Shown here piece by piece: positions 9,104 through 20,154 of a stretch of DNA of 64,000 nucleotides. The stretch comes from Escherichia coli. GTDB taxonomy: Bacteria; Pseudomonadota; Gammaproteobacteria; Enterobacterales; Enterobacteriaceae. Positions within the stretch are counted from its first letter, which is position 1. Each line of letters begins with the position of its first letter. The notes under the pieces were generated by a model. The model worked only from the letters and a program-made list of their open reading frames with translations, was not told where the DNA came from and ran no database searches. Location: NCBI RefSeq assembly GCF_029227855.1, contig NZ_CP074356.1; one strand, written 5' to 3'. The translations under genes were made by a program, and so were the position numbers.

Positions 9104-12100
9104 CTATTCCCCCAATCATCTAACTCCGGAAAAATTTGGCTAAACGGATATAGTGGTGCCGATAATGGACGCGTACCTGGCCGCTCAGGAGGAAGTTTAT
9201 CACATAACAGACCCGCAACCATCCTGTGATTACCATTAACAATCACATTCCCATCCATATCAACCGGTGGTGCTCCACTACCATCTTCCAGCATTTGTAC
9301 GTAGTGAGCTACTACGGGTACTGAGACTTTTTGTTGTACTGTCAACAAGGGACTGTTGGCCACAACCATCCTGATGTTTTCAGGTGTCGCAGGTAAACAT
9401 TTAGTCTTCTCTTGACTAAAGGTATCATCCCACAATTTTGTTAAACCCATCACTGCCTGTTGTCTGTATTTATCCATGGGGTCAGCAATCAACCAAGATG
9501 GACCTGACTGCTCTATGGAATCTTCTCCGGAGAGACCCAACGGATCTATCTTAGTAGTTGGATTCAATGGATACTGATACAGGTTCCATGCACCTCTTAG
9601 CCCAATGGGATCCTGGGTGATATACCGCCCCTGCAACGGGTCATAGTACCGGTTGCGGTTATAGTACAGCCCCGACTCCTCATCATACTGCTGCCCCGGC
9701 AGACGGTACGGCTGTTGCAGTTGCTGCGCGCTGGTTTCGCCCAGCAGGTTTCCCCACTCGTCATACTCCCCCTGCCACGCCGTTTCCCCTACCGGGCTGA
9801 TGAGCGCCTGCGGCAGCCCCCGGTGGTCGCAGTGGTAAAGATGAAGTGTCCTCTCCGGGATGTATTCCGCCTCCATCTGGTTTTTCATCTGTTCCGCCGT
9901 CAGCCCGCACTGCTGAAGCCATGCCTCACTCTCCGCACTCACCGCACCCGCGCGCAGTTCCCGCTCCAGCCTCCCCAGCATCACCGACAGCTCCGCCGGT
10001 AGCGTCACCCCCGTGTCCTCCTGCAACACCTCCGCCAGACTCCGGTGCCGCGCCTTCGCCTGTTCACCATTCTCTGTTTCGATTCTGATGAGCGGCGTGA
10101 AGCTCCCCGGCTGGTATACCGTCTGGATACGCGTGGTGCCGGTCTGTACCGTCGTCAGCCTGTCACCGTCCCACCCGTACCAGGTCTCCTCCGGTTTACG
10201 CGACAGCGACATCCACCCCGTCAGGTCACGCTCCCGCCGCCACACCCGTTTCCCCGTCCGGCGGCCCAGCGGGTCATAGAGGTAGCGGCTCTCCACCTGT
10301 GGTTCGCCGTGCTGTATCCGCGTGTAGAACACCAGGCGGTGCTGGCTGTCGTAATGGTAGTGGTGGGTCCGCTCGTCGTGCATCCGGATAACCCCTTCCG
10401 GGATACGATCCGTCTTCTCCGCCAGCCTGCCGTATTCATCGTGGCGGTAGACATAGTGCGCATCCTCCGCGATGCGGTTATCCGGCCACGCCGTGAAGGT
10501 GCTGTCCGGGTGCAGTTCCGGGTCCGGCAGCCGGTTTCCTGCCGGGTCCGTCGCATACGGGATATCGATATCCAGGTTCGCCGCCGTGGTGTGAACGCCC
10601 GTCAGTCTTCCCGTGTCGCTGTAACGGTACTTCCGGCTCTCCTGCGGGCCGCTGATGCGCACCAGTTGCCCGTTATCGTTCCACGTATACTCACGGTCAA
10701 GCTGCGGAAGGTTCAGGTGCCTGCTCCGGAGCTGCCCTGTGAGGGTGTACGCCATGGCCTGTTCGTACCCCGCTGTACTGCCCGCCCCGCCGAAGCTGCG
10801 GGCCGTCTCACGGTGCAGCCGGTCCCGCGTGTACTCGACCAGCGGCGTTCCGCCCAGCTTCATCCCCGCAAGATAACCGCTGCCATACGTCAGCCACTCC
10901 ACCGGCGGCAGACCGTCCGGCTCCTGACGGGTCGCCAGCCCCTGTTCGCTGTAGACGTGCCTCGTCTCATGCTCCCACAGCATCTCCCCCGTCTCCTGGT
11001 TCTCCACCGTCTGCCGTTCGCCCGTCAGGCGGCCTTTATCGTCATAGCCGTAGTGGACCGCCACACGGTGGCCTTCGCTCAGGTGGCTGATTTCTGTCAG
11101 CCAGCCGTGGTCGTCATACTGCCACTGCTCCGCCGGGTCGCCGTTCACCGTCCGGTGCGTGATGCGCCCGGCGTCATCGTAGTACCACTGCGTGACCTGC
11201 CCCTCATCCTCGCTGCGGATGAGCTGCCCTGTGGCGCTGTACCGGTAACGCTGTGTCCTGCCGTCAAAGCCGCGCTGCTCCGTCAGCCTGTCCACCGGGT
11301 CATACCGGAACGTGGACTGGCTGCCGTTCTCGTTGGTCAGCACGGTGATGCGCCCGGCGGCGTCATACTCCATGCTGCGCGTCAGTCCGCCCTGCGTGGT
11401 GCTGACGGCCTTTCCCCACGCATCATACTGTGTCTCACTCCGGCTGCCGTTCGGGGCAATGATAGCGGTGAGGTCGCCTGCGGCGCTGTACTCATAACGG
11501 GTTTCACGTCCCTGCGCATCCTTCTGACTGACCAGTTGACCACGCGGGTTATAACTGCTGTAAGTGCTGATGCCTTCCTCCCGGTGAACCGCCGTCCTCT
11601 GACCGTACCGGTCGTATTCATACCGCGTCGTGTACCCTGAACAGTCCGTAAATGCCTGAAGCTGACCGTACCGGTTTCGCGTTATTCTCCGCCTCACCCC
11701 GGTTCCGTCTTCCACCGCACAGGGCAGGCCACTGCGGGAAGAATCATAAAACCAGCGCGTAATGTTACCGTTGCGCGAGACCTCTTCCGCCAGCCTGCCC
11801 TGACGGTCATATTTCCGGCTGCGGCGCAGCCCGTCCGGGTACGTCACTGACGTCAGTTGCAACTGGTTGTTGTAACCATACCGTACCGTCCTGCCGTCCG
11901 GCAGTATCACTGAAGTCAGCTTTCCCGACGCCATATGCAGCCGGTACTCCGTCCGCCGTCCCGCCGCATCCGTCTGCGCCTTCAGCCTCCCCGCCTCATC
12001 ATACTCGCTGCGGGTGATGCTCCCGTCCCCATGCTCCTTCTTCACCACCCGCTTCAGGCCGCCCTCGCCCTCCGTGTACAGCACCTCCCGCCGGTTCAGG

Positions 12101-13311
12101 CTGTCCGTGATGGTCACGCGGTCCTGCCCGTACTCAAAGCGGTAGTCCAGCCCCTCCGGGTTGACCTGCTCCGTCACCCGACCGGTATCATCATACCGGT
12201 AGCGGCTCTCCGGCCTCCCCGCATAATGGTGCGCCACCATCCGCCCGGCGTGCTCCGCATCATAAGTAAACCCGCGCACCTGCGTCCCGCTGCGGTCATA
12301 CACCGCCCGCAGTTCTCCGCTGGCCGTGTACGTGTAGCGCGCCAGCGGCGCAGTCGGCAGTTCATCCAGGTATGCCAGGTCGTGTGTCAGCCATACCGCC
12401 TCCAGCCGGATACCGTTATCGGCACCGTACTCTGTACCGGTGGGCAGCGTGTCGGGGAAAACCTGAGAAGAGGAAACAGAACGGGGACTGGCCGGAGAAG
12501 ATAAAGAAGAGGCGCGCTGTTTACGGAAGGCTTTCGCCCGCTGCGCCTGTGTGGTCAGCGCCAGATGAAAACGGCGGCCCGCGCCGTCCGTCACCCCCGT
12601 CACCGCGCCCGCCGCTTCCCCCTCTGCCGCCCGGTGGAAGGCCAGCGTCCGCCCGAAGCTGTCCACCACGCCCGTCAGCACCCGGTATGCGGGCGGCTCC
12701 GGCGGCAGCACCTCGTCCGCCTCCGGCACCCGCTCCGGCCAGCCGAGTATCCACCACGGCCCCTGAAGGCTGTTTGTCGCCAGGTACACATGCGGGCTTA
12801 AGCGGAGACTCTCCGGCAGCACCTGCCAGAGCGCGCTTAGCGGCTGCGAACTGTGCTGCTCCGCCACCCCGCCCCTTGCCAGCCAGAACGACTCGCTGCG
12901 GCTGTAGCTTATCTCGCCGGGAAACAGCGGCTCAAAGTGAATGCTCCTGCCGCCACTGTCGTTGAGTATCAGTTCCCGCTCATGAACCTGTAAGCGGATA
13001 TCGAAGGGCGCTTTCCAGCCGGGACCAAACACCCCCACCGGCGCGGGTGTTCTGGTCCGGTAGCTGCTGTAGGCGCGGGAAAGAATAAACGGCAACGGGC
13101 CGGGCAGCGCAAGATCCGTCTCGCCCGGCAGCACCTTCGCACCCAGTAGCGGGTTCACCGGGTTACCCTTCTGCTCCTCCACCGGGCTGTTGGGACACAC
13201 CGAGCAGGCCACTCCCGTCGGCGCACCTATCAGCACCCCCGCTGAACCCTGCACAATATCCAGTCCCTTGCGGGTCATATCGCCCTGTCGCGCCGCCGGT
13301 TTTCCGCTCAT
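9100..13311 (-). CDS. Rhs polymorphic toxin, full length (PAAR-like N-terminus, YD-repeat core, variable C-terminal tip with ParB-like motif)
   Basis: 1403 aa; N-terminus [11 protein letters not shown]; long GC-rich YD-repeat core; core-end DPxGL motif (..DPIGL..KIDPLGL) followed by an AT-rich roughly 143-aa tip (about 9100..9531). Confidence 0.9.
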   Translation of the reverse strand: MSGKPAARQGDMTRKGLDIVQGSAGVLIGAPTGVACSVCPNSPVEEQKGNPVNPLLGAKVLPGETDLALPGPLPFILSRAYSSYRTRTPAPVGVFGPGWKAPFDIRLQVHERELILNDSGGRSIHFEPLFPGEISYSRSESFWLARGGVAEQHSSQPLSALWQVLPESLRLSPHVYLATNSLQGPWWILGWPERVPEADEVLPPEPPAYRVLTGVVDSFGRTLAFHRAAEGEAAGAVTGVTDGAGRRFHLALTTQAQRAKAFRKQRASSLSSPASPRSVSSSQVFPDTLPTGTEYGADNGIRLEAVWLTHDLAYLDELPTAPLARYTYTASGELRAVYDRSGTQVRGFTYDAEHAGRMVAHHYAGRPESRYRYDDTGRVTEQVNPEGLDYRFEYGQDRVTITDSLNRREVLYTEGEGGLKRVVKKEHGDGSITRSEYDEAGRLKAQTDAAGRRTEYRLHMASGKLTSVILPDGRTVRYGYNNQLQLTSVTYPDGLRRSRKYDRQGRLAEEVSRNGNITRWFYDSSRSGLPCAVEDGTGVRRRITRNRYGQLQAFTDCSGYTTRYEYDRYGQRTAVHREEGISTYSSYNPRGQLVSQKDAQGRETRYEYSAAGDLTAIIAPNGSRSETQYDAWGKAVSTTQGGLTRSMEYDAAGRITVLTNENGSQSTFRYDPVDRLTEQRGFDGRTQRYRYSATGQLIRSEDEGQVTQWYYDDAGRITHRTVNGDPAEQWQYDDHGWLTEISHLSEGHRVAVHYGYDDKGRLTGERQTVENQETGEMLWEHETRHVYSEQGLATRQEPDGLPPVEWLTYGSGYLAGMKLGGTPLVEYTRDRLHRETARSFGGAGSTAGYEQAMAYTLTGQLRSRHLNLPQLDREYTWNDNGQLVRISGPQESRKYRYSDTGRLTGVHTTAANLDIDIPYATDPAGNRLPDPELHPDSTFTAWPDNRIAEDAHYVYRHDEYGRLAEKTDRIPEGVIRMHDERTHHYHYDSQHRLVFYTRIQHGEPQVESRYLYDPLGRRTGKRVWRRERDLTGWMSLSRKPEETWYGWDGDRLTTVQTGTTRIQTVYQPGSFTPLIRIETENGEQAKARHRSLAEVLQEDTGVTLPAELSVMLGRLERELRAGAVSAESEAWLQQCGLTAEQMKNQMEAEYIPERTLHLYHCDHRGLPQALISPVGETAWQGEYDEWGNLLGETSAQQLQQPYRLPGQQYDEESGLYYNRNRYYDPLQGRYITQDPIGLRGAWNLYQYPLNPTTKIDPLGLSGEDSIEQSGPSWLIADPMDKYRQQAVMGLTKLWDDTFSQEKTKCLPATPENIRMVVANSPLLTVQQKVSVPVVAHYVQMLEDGSGAPPVDMDGNVIVNGNHRMVAGLLCDKLPPERPGTRPLSAPLYPFSQIFPELDDWGNR

Positions 13312-13731
13312 GGTTTATTCCTTAAATTATTTATGGTTTTATTCTGAGTGCAATCCATACTGATTCATAACCAGTGAATAAGATTTCCCCGAATAATCTA
13401 TATAAATTAGCGAAGTCCTCTTCACTAATTAACCGTAAAATCCCGTACCAATGAAATATAAAAATAACCACCCACACAAATTTATTGCAAATATTATTCA
13501 TTATTGTATATACATCATTCACTGAACGTTCTCAAACTGCATACCTTAGAACCATCAATTAAAGCCACAACAAAAAAATCGATTACTTTATGTCGCATGA
13601 CAAATATGAATTACATATTAATCAACCTTAAAAACAATCATCTCTTATAATTAACAGCATACCATGAGAAACACAAAATCAATTTACCATGCATACCAGG
13701 AGCATAATTAACCTCTCACCGCAGGGCGAAA

Positions 13732-14097
13732 TCATGAAGGCCCGCAGCCAGCAAGGATTAGAGAAAGGTATTCATTCTTACGTCCTGCCCGCTTTTGCTT
13801 GCGTTTAATACCCGCTTTAAAGCTATTCTCTGCGGTCAGTAAATTCATCGCGATATGTCGACAAACTGCCAGATTTTCTCCCGCTTCTCCACGAACAATC
13901 TGGCATTCATCTTCCCGCATCCCCATATCAAGTCGCCAGTGCAGTTGATTTTCTACCGACCAGTGTGCTCGTGTTGCTTCCAGGAGTTCTTTCGCCGTAA
14001 GCGTCACCGAACTTATGTAGTAGCGAAGAATACACTTCTCTGATTTCACCGCTGTTTCTCCTTCCAGGGCAAGATTACGAAAGCCCGCTCCCCGCAA
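13732..14097 (-). pseudogene. H-repeat (ISAs1-family) transposase C-terminal fragment, diverged copy
   Basis: 121-aa ORF whose C-terminal 95 aa align to the C-terminus of the intact H-rpt protein (HWxVENxLHWRLD motif). Confidence 0.65.
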
Positions 14098-15211
14098 GGA
14101 CTGACGCCAGATAGTTTCTGTCCATGGCTGCTTTTCGCATCTTACGTCTTAACCCTGCCTTGAATACCTTATCATTCGTTAAAATATTAATAGCGATGTG
14201 CCGTATCCCTGAAAATAATTCTGCGGCGTTTCCTCTTCCTATTTTGCAGTCGTCTTCATTCATTACCACGTCCAGACGCCAGTGCAGCTTATTCTCCACG
14301 TGCCAGTGGTTTCGGATTGCTGTGGCGAACTTCTCTGCGGTTAAATCAGCAGAACTGATATAATATCTGACCGTCATTTCTGGCTCTTTCTTTTGTTCTG
14401 CTATTATTGACCGAAAGGAGACTGCCACGCATAATTTCTTCAGTCCTTTCCATTCAAACATTAAATCAATAAGTTCATCAGGGACATCACAAACAATGTG
14501 AAGACGGATTTCTTCTCTGCCGTGACTCTTTTCACTAATTGCGTAACTGTCATGCTCTGGATTATTTAATTCTTTCAGTGGGAATTTTTCCTCAAAGGCT
14601 TTATTTAGCCGCCCCTGGTTTCCTTTTACAGCGAATAAATAATCACCTCCCTGTTTTTGTATCTTCTCTGCAATATCTTTCTGGCAACCCATCGCATCAG
14701 TTGTGATGATTTTTCCTTTAATATCCAGCATGTTAAGAAGTTCAGGGATAGCTGTAATTTCATTTGATTTCTCATCCGTCCTGATCTGTCCGATGACCAG
14801 ACTGTGCATTGTTGAGAACGCACTAATGACATGAATCGCTCCCTTGCGGCGACTCTTGTCATAAGGATGCCGGAGTGTTTTTCCATCAATTGCGATGACG
14901 TCTTTATCAGCTGAAGAATGGCAGTCACGCATCCAGTTAATAAAGCACTCGTGAAATTTTGCAGGACTGATACAGGATACAACTCTGGCAATGGTATCGT
15001 GAACAGGAATACCATTTTCAAAATCACCATATTGCTTCAAAAAATCGAGATGTGTTTCCCCAAAATCCTCTATATCTTCCCAGCATTCTGCACCAAAAAT
15101 AACGGCACAAATAGTCAACAGTAGAATATCCGACAATTTATGTTCCACTTTCCAGGCTTGTCTGTAATCGGGGATAATAGAAATATGTTCCATCAATTTT
15201 TTAAGTTCCAT
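14075..15211 (-). CDS. H-repeat-associated protein / ISAs1-family transposase (intact)
   Basis: 378 aa, recognised as E. coli H-rpt (YdcC/YhhI-like) protein. Confidence 0.9.
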   Translation of the reverse strand: MELKKLMEHISIIPDYRQAWKVEHKLSDILLLTICAVIFGAECWEDIEDFGETHLDFLKQYGDFENGIPVHDTIARVVSCISPAKFHECFINWMRDCHSSADKDVIAIDGKTLRHPYDKSRRKGAIHVISAFSTMHSLVIGQIRTDEKSNEITAIPELLNMLDIKGKIITTDAMGCQKDIAEKIQKQGGDYLFAVKGNQGRLNKAFEEKFPLKELNNPEHDSYAISEKSHGREEIRLHIVCDVPDELIDLMFEWKGLKKLCVAVSFRSIIAEQKKEPEMTVRYYISSADLTAEKFATAIRNHWHVENKLHWRLDVVMNEDDCKIGRGNAAELFSGIRHIAINILTNDKVFKAGLRRKMRKAAMDRNYLASVLAGSGLS

Positions 15212-15487
15212 TTTGTTCTCCTTAATTATGTAAGGAGTATTTGATCATGTATACGCAATAAAAAACAGCTTTAGGTAATAAGGAATATCTCAATTTTTAA
15301 ACATAAAATGCGAATTATTTAGTACAAAAAGTGAACTTCTGATGATCTTTCCCTGCCCATTGGGTTCATTAAGATCAAGAATAATGGGAATATGCTCAAG
15401 AAGACTTTGAATGTTCACCAGACGTCCTTTTCTAATATATTTAATTATTTGGCGATTAAATTTTAATCAAATCAACAAGGTAAAACC

Positions 15488-15525
15488 AAGATTAAAGTTG
15501 TGATGATAATCACAACTTTAATGAT
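15488..15525 (-). terminator. Hairpin downstream of Rhs copy-2 immunity gene (putative terminator)
   Basis: 14-bp perfect stem attaaagttgtgat/atcacaactttaat with a 4-nt loop; a short U-run follows on the minus strand. Confidence 0.45.
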
Positions 15526-15557
15526 CTTCCCCTGATTCCTCCAGTCCTTTTATTTGG

Positions 15558-15932
15558 TTACTCTAATGGTTTTATTAATTGTAAATTTTTAAATGTCATG
15601 CTTAATAAGCCATCAGAAAAATAAAGAAAAAATTTATATATCCTTTTGTTTTTTAATTTCTTTATATACCCATTACTTATATTACCTGACTTGTGATTAT
15701 CGATTAACTCAGCAGAATCCATAGCGAACACTAAATCATCTACATCAGAAAATTCAACTATCATTTTTTCCCTAATGTTCTCATTTTTATAAATGTCAAT
15801 AAATAACGTCATGTTAAAATGAGATTCTTTGAATGTCGTTTTTACTTCTAACAAAACCCCATCATGCCAGTCAATTGAACTCACAATGTCAAAATCGCTC
15901 ATTATATAATCTCCATTATCCGTTTTAATCAT
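15558..15932 (-). CDS. Predicted immunity protein for Rhs copy-2 toxin (hypothetical, AT-rich)
   Basis: Start chosen at MIKTDNGDY so that ATG overlaps the toxin stop (ATGA coupling); very AT-rich; no recognisable domain. Longer alternative start at 15965. Confidence 0.6.
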   Translation of the reverse strand: MIKTDNGDYIMSDFDIVSSIDWHDGVLLEVKTTFKESHFNMTLFIDIYKNENIREKMIVEFSDVDDLVFAMDSAELIDNHKSGNISNGYIKKLKNKRIYKFFLYFSDGLLSMTFKNLQLIKPLE

Positions 15933-18900
15933 GGAGTAACAACGTTTGCAGGTATTGACCACCAAAGAGGTGGTGCAAGTGAAGGTATAAATCGAATCAC
16001 TCTATATATAACATACCCTGCGCCAATTGTAGCACCAGTTGCAAGAGCCGCATCAGTAGTTGATAGCCCAGAGGTTTTGCATGACAGATCTTTACTTGGT
16101 TCTGGCTCGAAACCATATTTTTTTGCACATTTCTTAATGCTATTTGGTGCTGATGAGTAATCCTCACCATGGGACATACCTCCAAATTCCCCCATTACAC
16201 CACTCCCATTTTTACACTCCCAATGCAAATGTCTTCCGTCACCAACAGCATCGCCATCTATTCGGATTCGACAACCTTTACCACAGTCCTTCCATTTTCC
16301 TGAAGTATGAGCTAATCCCAATGGATCAATCCATTGCACAGGATTGTTCATAACATAACTGTACGGGTTTATTCCCCCCGCCAGCCCTATCGGGTCCTGG
16401 ATGATATACCGCCCCTGCAACGGATCGTAGTACCGGTGACGGTTATAATACAGCCCCGACTCCTCATCGTGTTGCTGCCCTGGCAGACGGTACGGCTGGT
16501 GCAGGTGATGCGGGTTTTCCTCATTCAGCAGGTTCCCCACTCATCATACTCCCCGCTCCACGCCGTATTGCCGTCTTCGCTGATGAGCGCCAGCGGCAGG
16601 CCCCGGTGGTCGCAGTGGTAAAGATGAACTTTTCGCGCCGGTGTGTATTCCGGCTCCACCTGTCTGGCCAGTTGCTCCACCGTCAGCCCGCACTGCGCAA
16701 GCCACGCCCGGCTTTCGTTACTCACGCGGTCTGCCCGGATTTCTCCCTCCAGCCTGTCCAGCAGCCGCACCAGTTCAGCCGGGAACACCACACCGTGCCC
16801 GTCCTCACTCCCTTCCGACTGTAACTTCTCCGCCAGGCTGCGGCGCTGCGCTTTCTCCCGTTCGCCGTTCTCTGTTTCGATGCGGATGAGTGGCGTGAAG
16901 CTTCCCGGCTCGTATACCGTCTGGATACGTGTGGTGTCAGTCTGCACCGTCGTCAGCCTGTCGCCGTCCCACCCGTACCATGTCTCCTCCGGTTTACGCG
17001 ACAGCGACATCCACCCCGTCAGGTCACGCTCCCGCCGCCATACCCGTTTCGCCATTCGCCGTCCCAGCGGGTCGTAGAGGTAGCGGCTCTCGACCAGTGG
17101 CTCGCCATGCTGTATCCGCGTGTAGAACACCAGGCGGTGCTGGCTGTCGTAGTGGTAGTGGTGGGTCCGCTCGTCGTCCGTCCGTATCACACCCGCCGGG
17201 ATGCGGTCCGTCTTCTCTGTCAGCCTGCCGTATTCATCGTGGCGGTAGACATAGTGCGCATCCTCCGCGATGCGGTTATCCGGCCACGCCGTGAGTGTAC
17301 TGTCCGGGTGCAGCTCCGGGTCCGGCAGCCGGTTGCCCGCCGGGTCCGTGGCATACGGGATGCGGATGTCCAGGTCCGGTGCGAGGGTGCGTACACTCGC
17401 CAGCCTGCCCGTGGCACTGTAGCCGTATTCCCGCGTCTGTCGCGGGCCGCTGATGCGCACAAGGTCGCCGTTGTCATTCCACCCGTAGTCACGGTCATAC
17501 ACCAGGCTGTTCAGGTGCTGGCTCTGTAACTGGCCTGCAGGGGTGTATGTGCTGGTCAGTTCGTATGCGGCATTACTGCCTGCCATGCTGCCAAAGCTGC
17601 GCACCGTCTCCCGGTGCAGCCTGTCCCGCGTATACTCGACCCGCGGCGTCCCGCCCAGCTTCATTCCCGCCAGGTAACCGCTGCCATAGGTCAGCCACTC
17701 CACCGGCGGCAGGCTGTCCGGCGTGACGCGGTTTGCCAGCCCCTGTTCGTTGTATGCCTGTTTCGTCTCATGCTGCCACAGCAGTTCCCCCGTCTCCGGG
17801 TTCTTCACCGTCTGGCGCTCACTGGTCAGACGGCCTTTATCGTCATAGCCGTAGTGGACCGCCACACGGTGGCCTTCACTGGTATGGCTGAGGGTGGTTA
17901 ACCACCCGTGCTCATCATACTGCCACTGCTCTGCCGGGTCGCCGTTCACCGTCCGGTGCGTGATGCGGTCTGCTTCATCGTAGTACCACTGCGTGACCTG
18001 CCCCTCATCCTCGCTGCGGATGAGCTGCCCTGTGGCGCTGTACCGGTAACGCTGTGTCCTGCCATCAAAGCCGCGCTGCTCCGTCAGGCGGTCCAGCACA
18101 TCGTAGGTAAATTCACTCCGGCTGCCGTTCTCGTTGGTCAGCGTGGTGACACGTCCTGCCGCGTCATACTCCATACTGCGCGTCAGCCCGCCCTGCGTGG
18201 TGCTGACCGCTTTTCCCCACGCATCGTACTGTGTCTCGCTCCGGTTGCCGTCCGGGGTGATAACGGCAGTCAGGTCGCCTGCGGCGTTGTACTCATACTG
18301 CGTTTCACGGCCCTGTGCGTCTTTCACCGAGGTTAACCGGCCACGGTTGTCATAGCGGCGGTAACGGCTGATACCTTCCTCGCGGTGGACCGCCGTCATC
18401 TGACCAAAGCGGTCGTATTCATAGCGGGTCTGGTAGCCCGAGCAGTCGGTGAACGCCAGCAACTGACCGTAGCGGCTCCAGGTCATCTGCCGGGTGCTGC
18501 CCGTCGCATCCATTGTCGTCGCCGGTAACTCACTGTACGCGTCATCGTAGCGGTAGCGTACTGTCTCCCCGCTGCGCGATGTCTCCGTTACCAGCCTGCC
18601 CGGTTCATCATATGCCCGGCGGCTCTCCAGCCCGTCCGGGGACACCACTGCCGTCACCTGGTTCCCGTCGTTATAGTAAAATTTCGTCTCCCGCCCGTCC
18701 GGTGTGGTGATGTCCGTGATATCGCCTGACACCACATTCAGACCGTACTCTGTCCGCCGTCCCGCCGCGTCCGTCTGCGCCGTAAGCCTTCCTGCCGCGT
18801 CATACCCACTGTGCGTGGCGCTGCCGTCCGCCAGTTCTTTTTTCACCACCCGCCTCAGCCCGGCCCCGCCTTCTGTATGCAGCACCTCACGCCGGTTCAG

Positions 18901-20088
18901 GCTGTCCGTGACGGTGATGCGGTCCTGCTCATACTGGTAGCGGTAACTCAGGCCTGCCGGGTTCAGCTGCTCCACCACCCGCCCCGCATCGTCGTAGCGG
19001 TAGCGCATCTCCGGCCTTCCCGCGTAACGGTGCGCCACCATCCGGCCCGGGTGCTGCGCGTCATACGTGAAAGCGCGCACCTGCGTATTGCTGCGGTCAT
19101 ATACCGCCAGCAGTTCACCGGCTTCCGTATACGTGTACCGCGCCAGTGGCGCACCGGGCAGATTCTCCGGGTATGCCGGGTCATGCATCAGCCACACCGC
19201 TGAAAGACGGATGCCCCTGTCGGGGCCGTATTCCGTACCGGGCAGTGTGTCGGGGAACGCTGAGGCTGAGAGAGGGCGGGAACGGTCAGAAGAAGATAGC
19301 GAAGAGGTGCGGGCCTCTTCCGCCCGCTGCGCCTGCGTGGTCAGCACCAGACGGAACTTCCGCCCGGCACCGTCCGTCACGCCGGTGATTTCCCCGGCCA
19401 GGTCACCGGCGGCCTCACGCCGGTACGTCAGCGTCTGCCCGAAGCGGTCCGCCAGCCCGGTAAGCACCCGGTACGGCGGCAGCGGCGCTGGCAGTACGTC
19501 CTCAGTGCCCGGCACCCGCTCTGACCACCCCAGTATCCACCACGGTCCCTGTGCGCTGTTGGTCGCCAGGTAAAGATGCGGGCTTAACCGGATATCCGGC
19601 GGCAGCGACGGCCACAGCCGTGCCAGCGTGTGGCCGTCCGGCTGCGCTGCCTTACCACCGCGAACCAGCCACATTGACTCGCTGCGGCTGTACACCGCCT
19701 CCCCCGGCAGCAGCGGCTCAAAGTGAATGCTCCGCCCGCCGTTGTCGTTGAGTATCAGTCCGTCATCACGTATCTGTAAGCGGATATCAGAAGGCGCTTT
19801 CCAGCCGGGGCCAAAAATCCCCACCGGCGCAGGCGTCTTCGTCCGGTAGCTGCTGTAGGTGCGGGAGAGAATGAACGGCAGCGGGCCGGGCAGCGCAAGG
19901 TCCGTCTCGCCGGGCAGCACCTTCGCCCCCAGCAGCGGATTTACCGGGTTGCCCGAAGTCATCCCGCCCGGACACACCGAGCACGCCACGCCGGTGGACG
20001 CGCCAATTCTTACACCTGCCGAACCCTGGACAATGGGACCGCCATACTGAGTCATATCTCCCTGACGCGCCGCTGGTTTTCCGCTCAT
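15929..20088 (-). pseudogene. Rhs polymorphic toxin copy 2, interrupted by a 1-nt frameshift between core (16525..20088) and DPxGL/toxin tip (15929..16540)
   Basis: 1187-aa core ORF ends ..EYDEWGTC while a separate 203-aa ORF carries the core end ([38 protein letters not shown]) and a Cys/His-rich tip. Rhs copy 1 has tttcccca where copy 2 has ttcccca (around 16531..16539). Confidence 0.8.
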
Positions 20089-20154
20089 GATTCAATTCCT
20101 TCTTCTGTTTATTTTTAATGCTTGTTTGTTACTGAATACCGAACAGGTACGGGA

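Larger units (their letters stand above)
13732..15335 (-). mobile_element. H-rpt (ISAs1-like) element plus adjacent partial copy within the Rhs island
   Basis: Intact transposase ORF plus a flanking sequence that is duplicated at 8033..8160; boundaries approximate. Confidence 0.5.

Noticed and set aside
9715-12965. Many long plus-strand ORFs inside Rhs copy 1 (for example 10045..11640, 531 aa; 12372..12965, 197 aa; 11935..12504)
   Set aside because: They are antisense to a well-supported Rhs gene, Pro/Arg/Ala-rich with no recognisable domains, and are the expected stop-codon-poor artefact of a roughly 60 percent GC repeat-rich sequence.
16606-19751. Plus-strand ORFs inside Rhs copy 2 (for example 16643..17077, 17107..17529, 18811..19203, 19067..19573)
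   Set aside because: Same reasoning: antisense artefacts within the GC-rich Rhs core.
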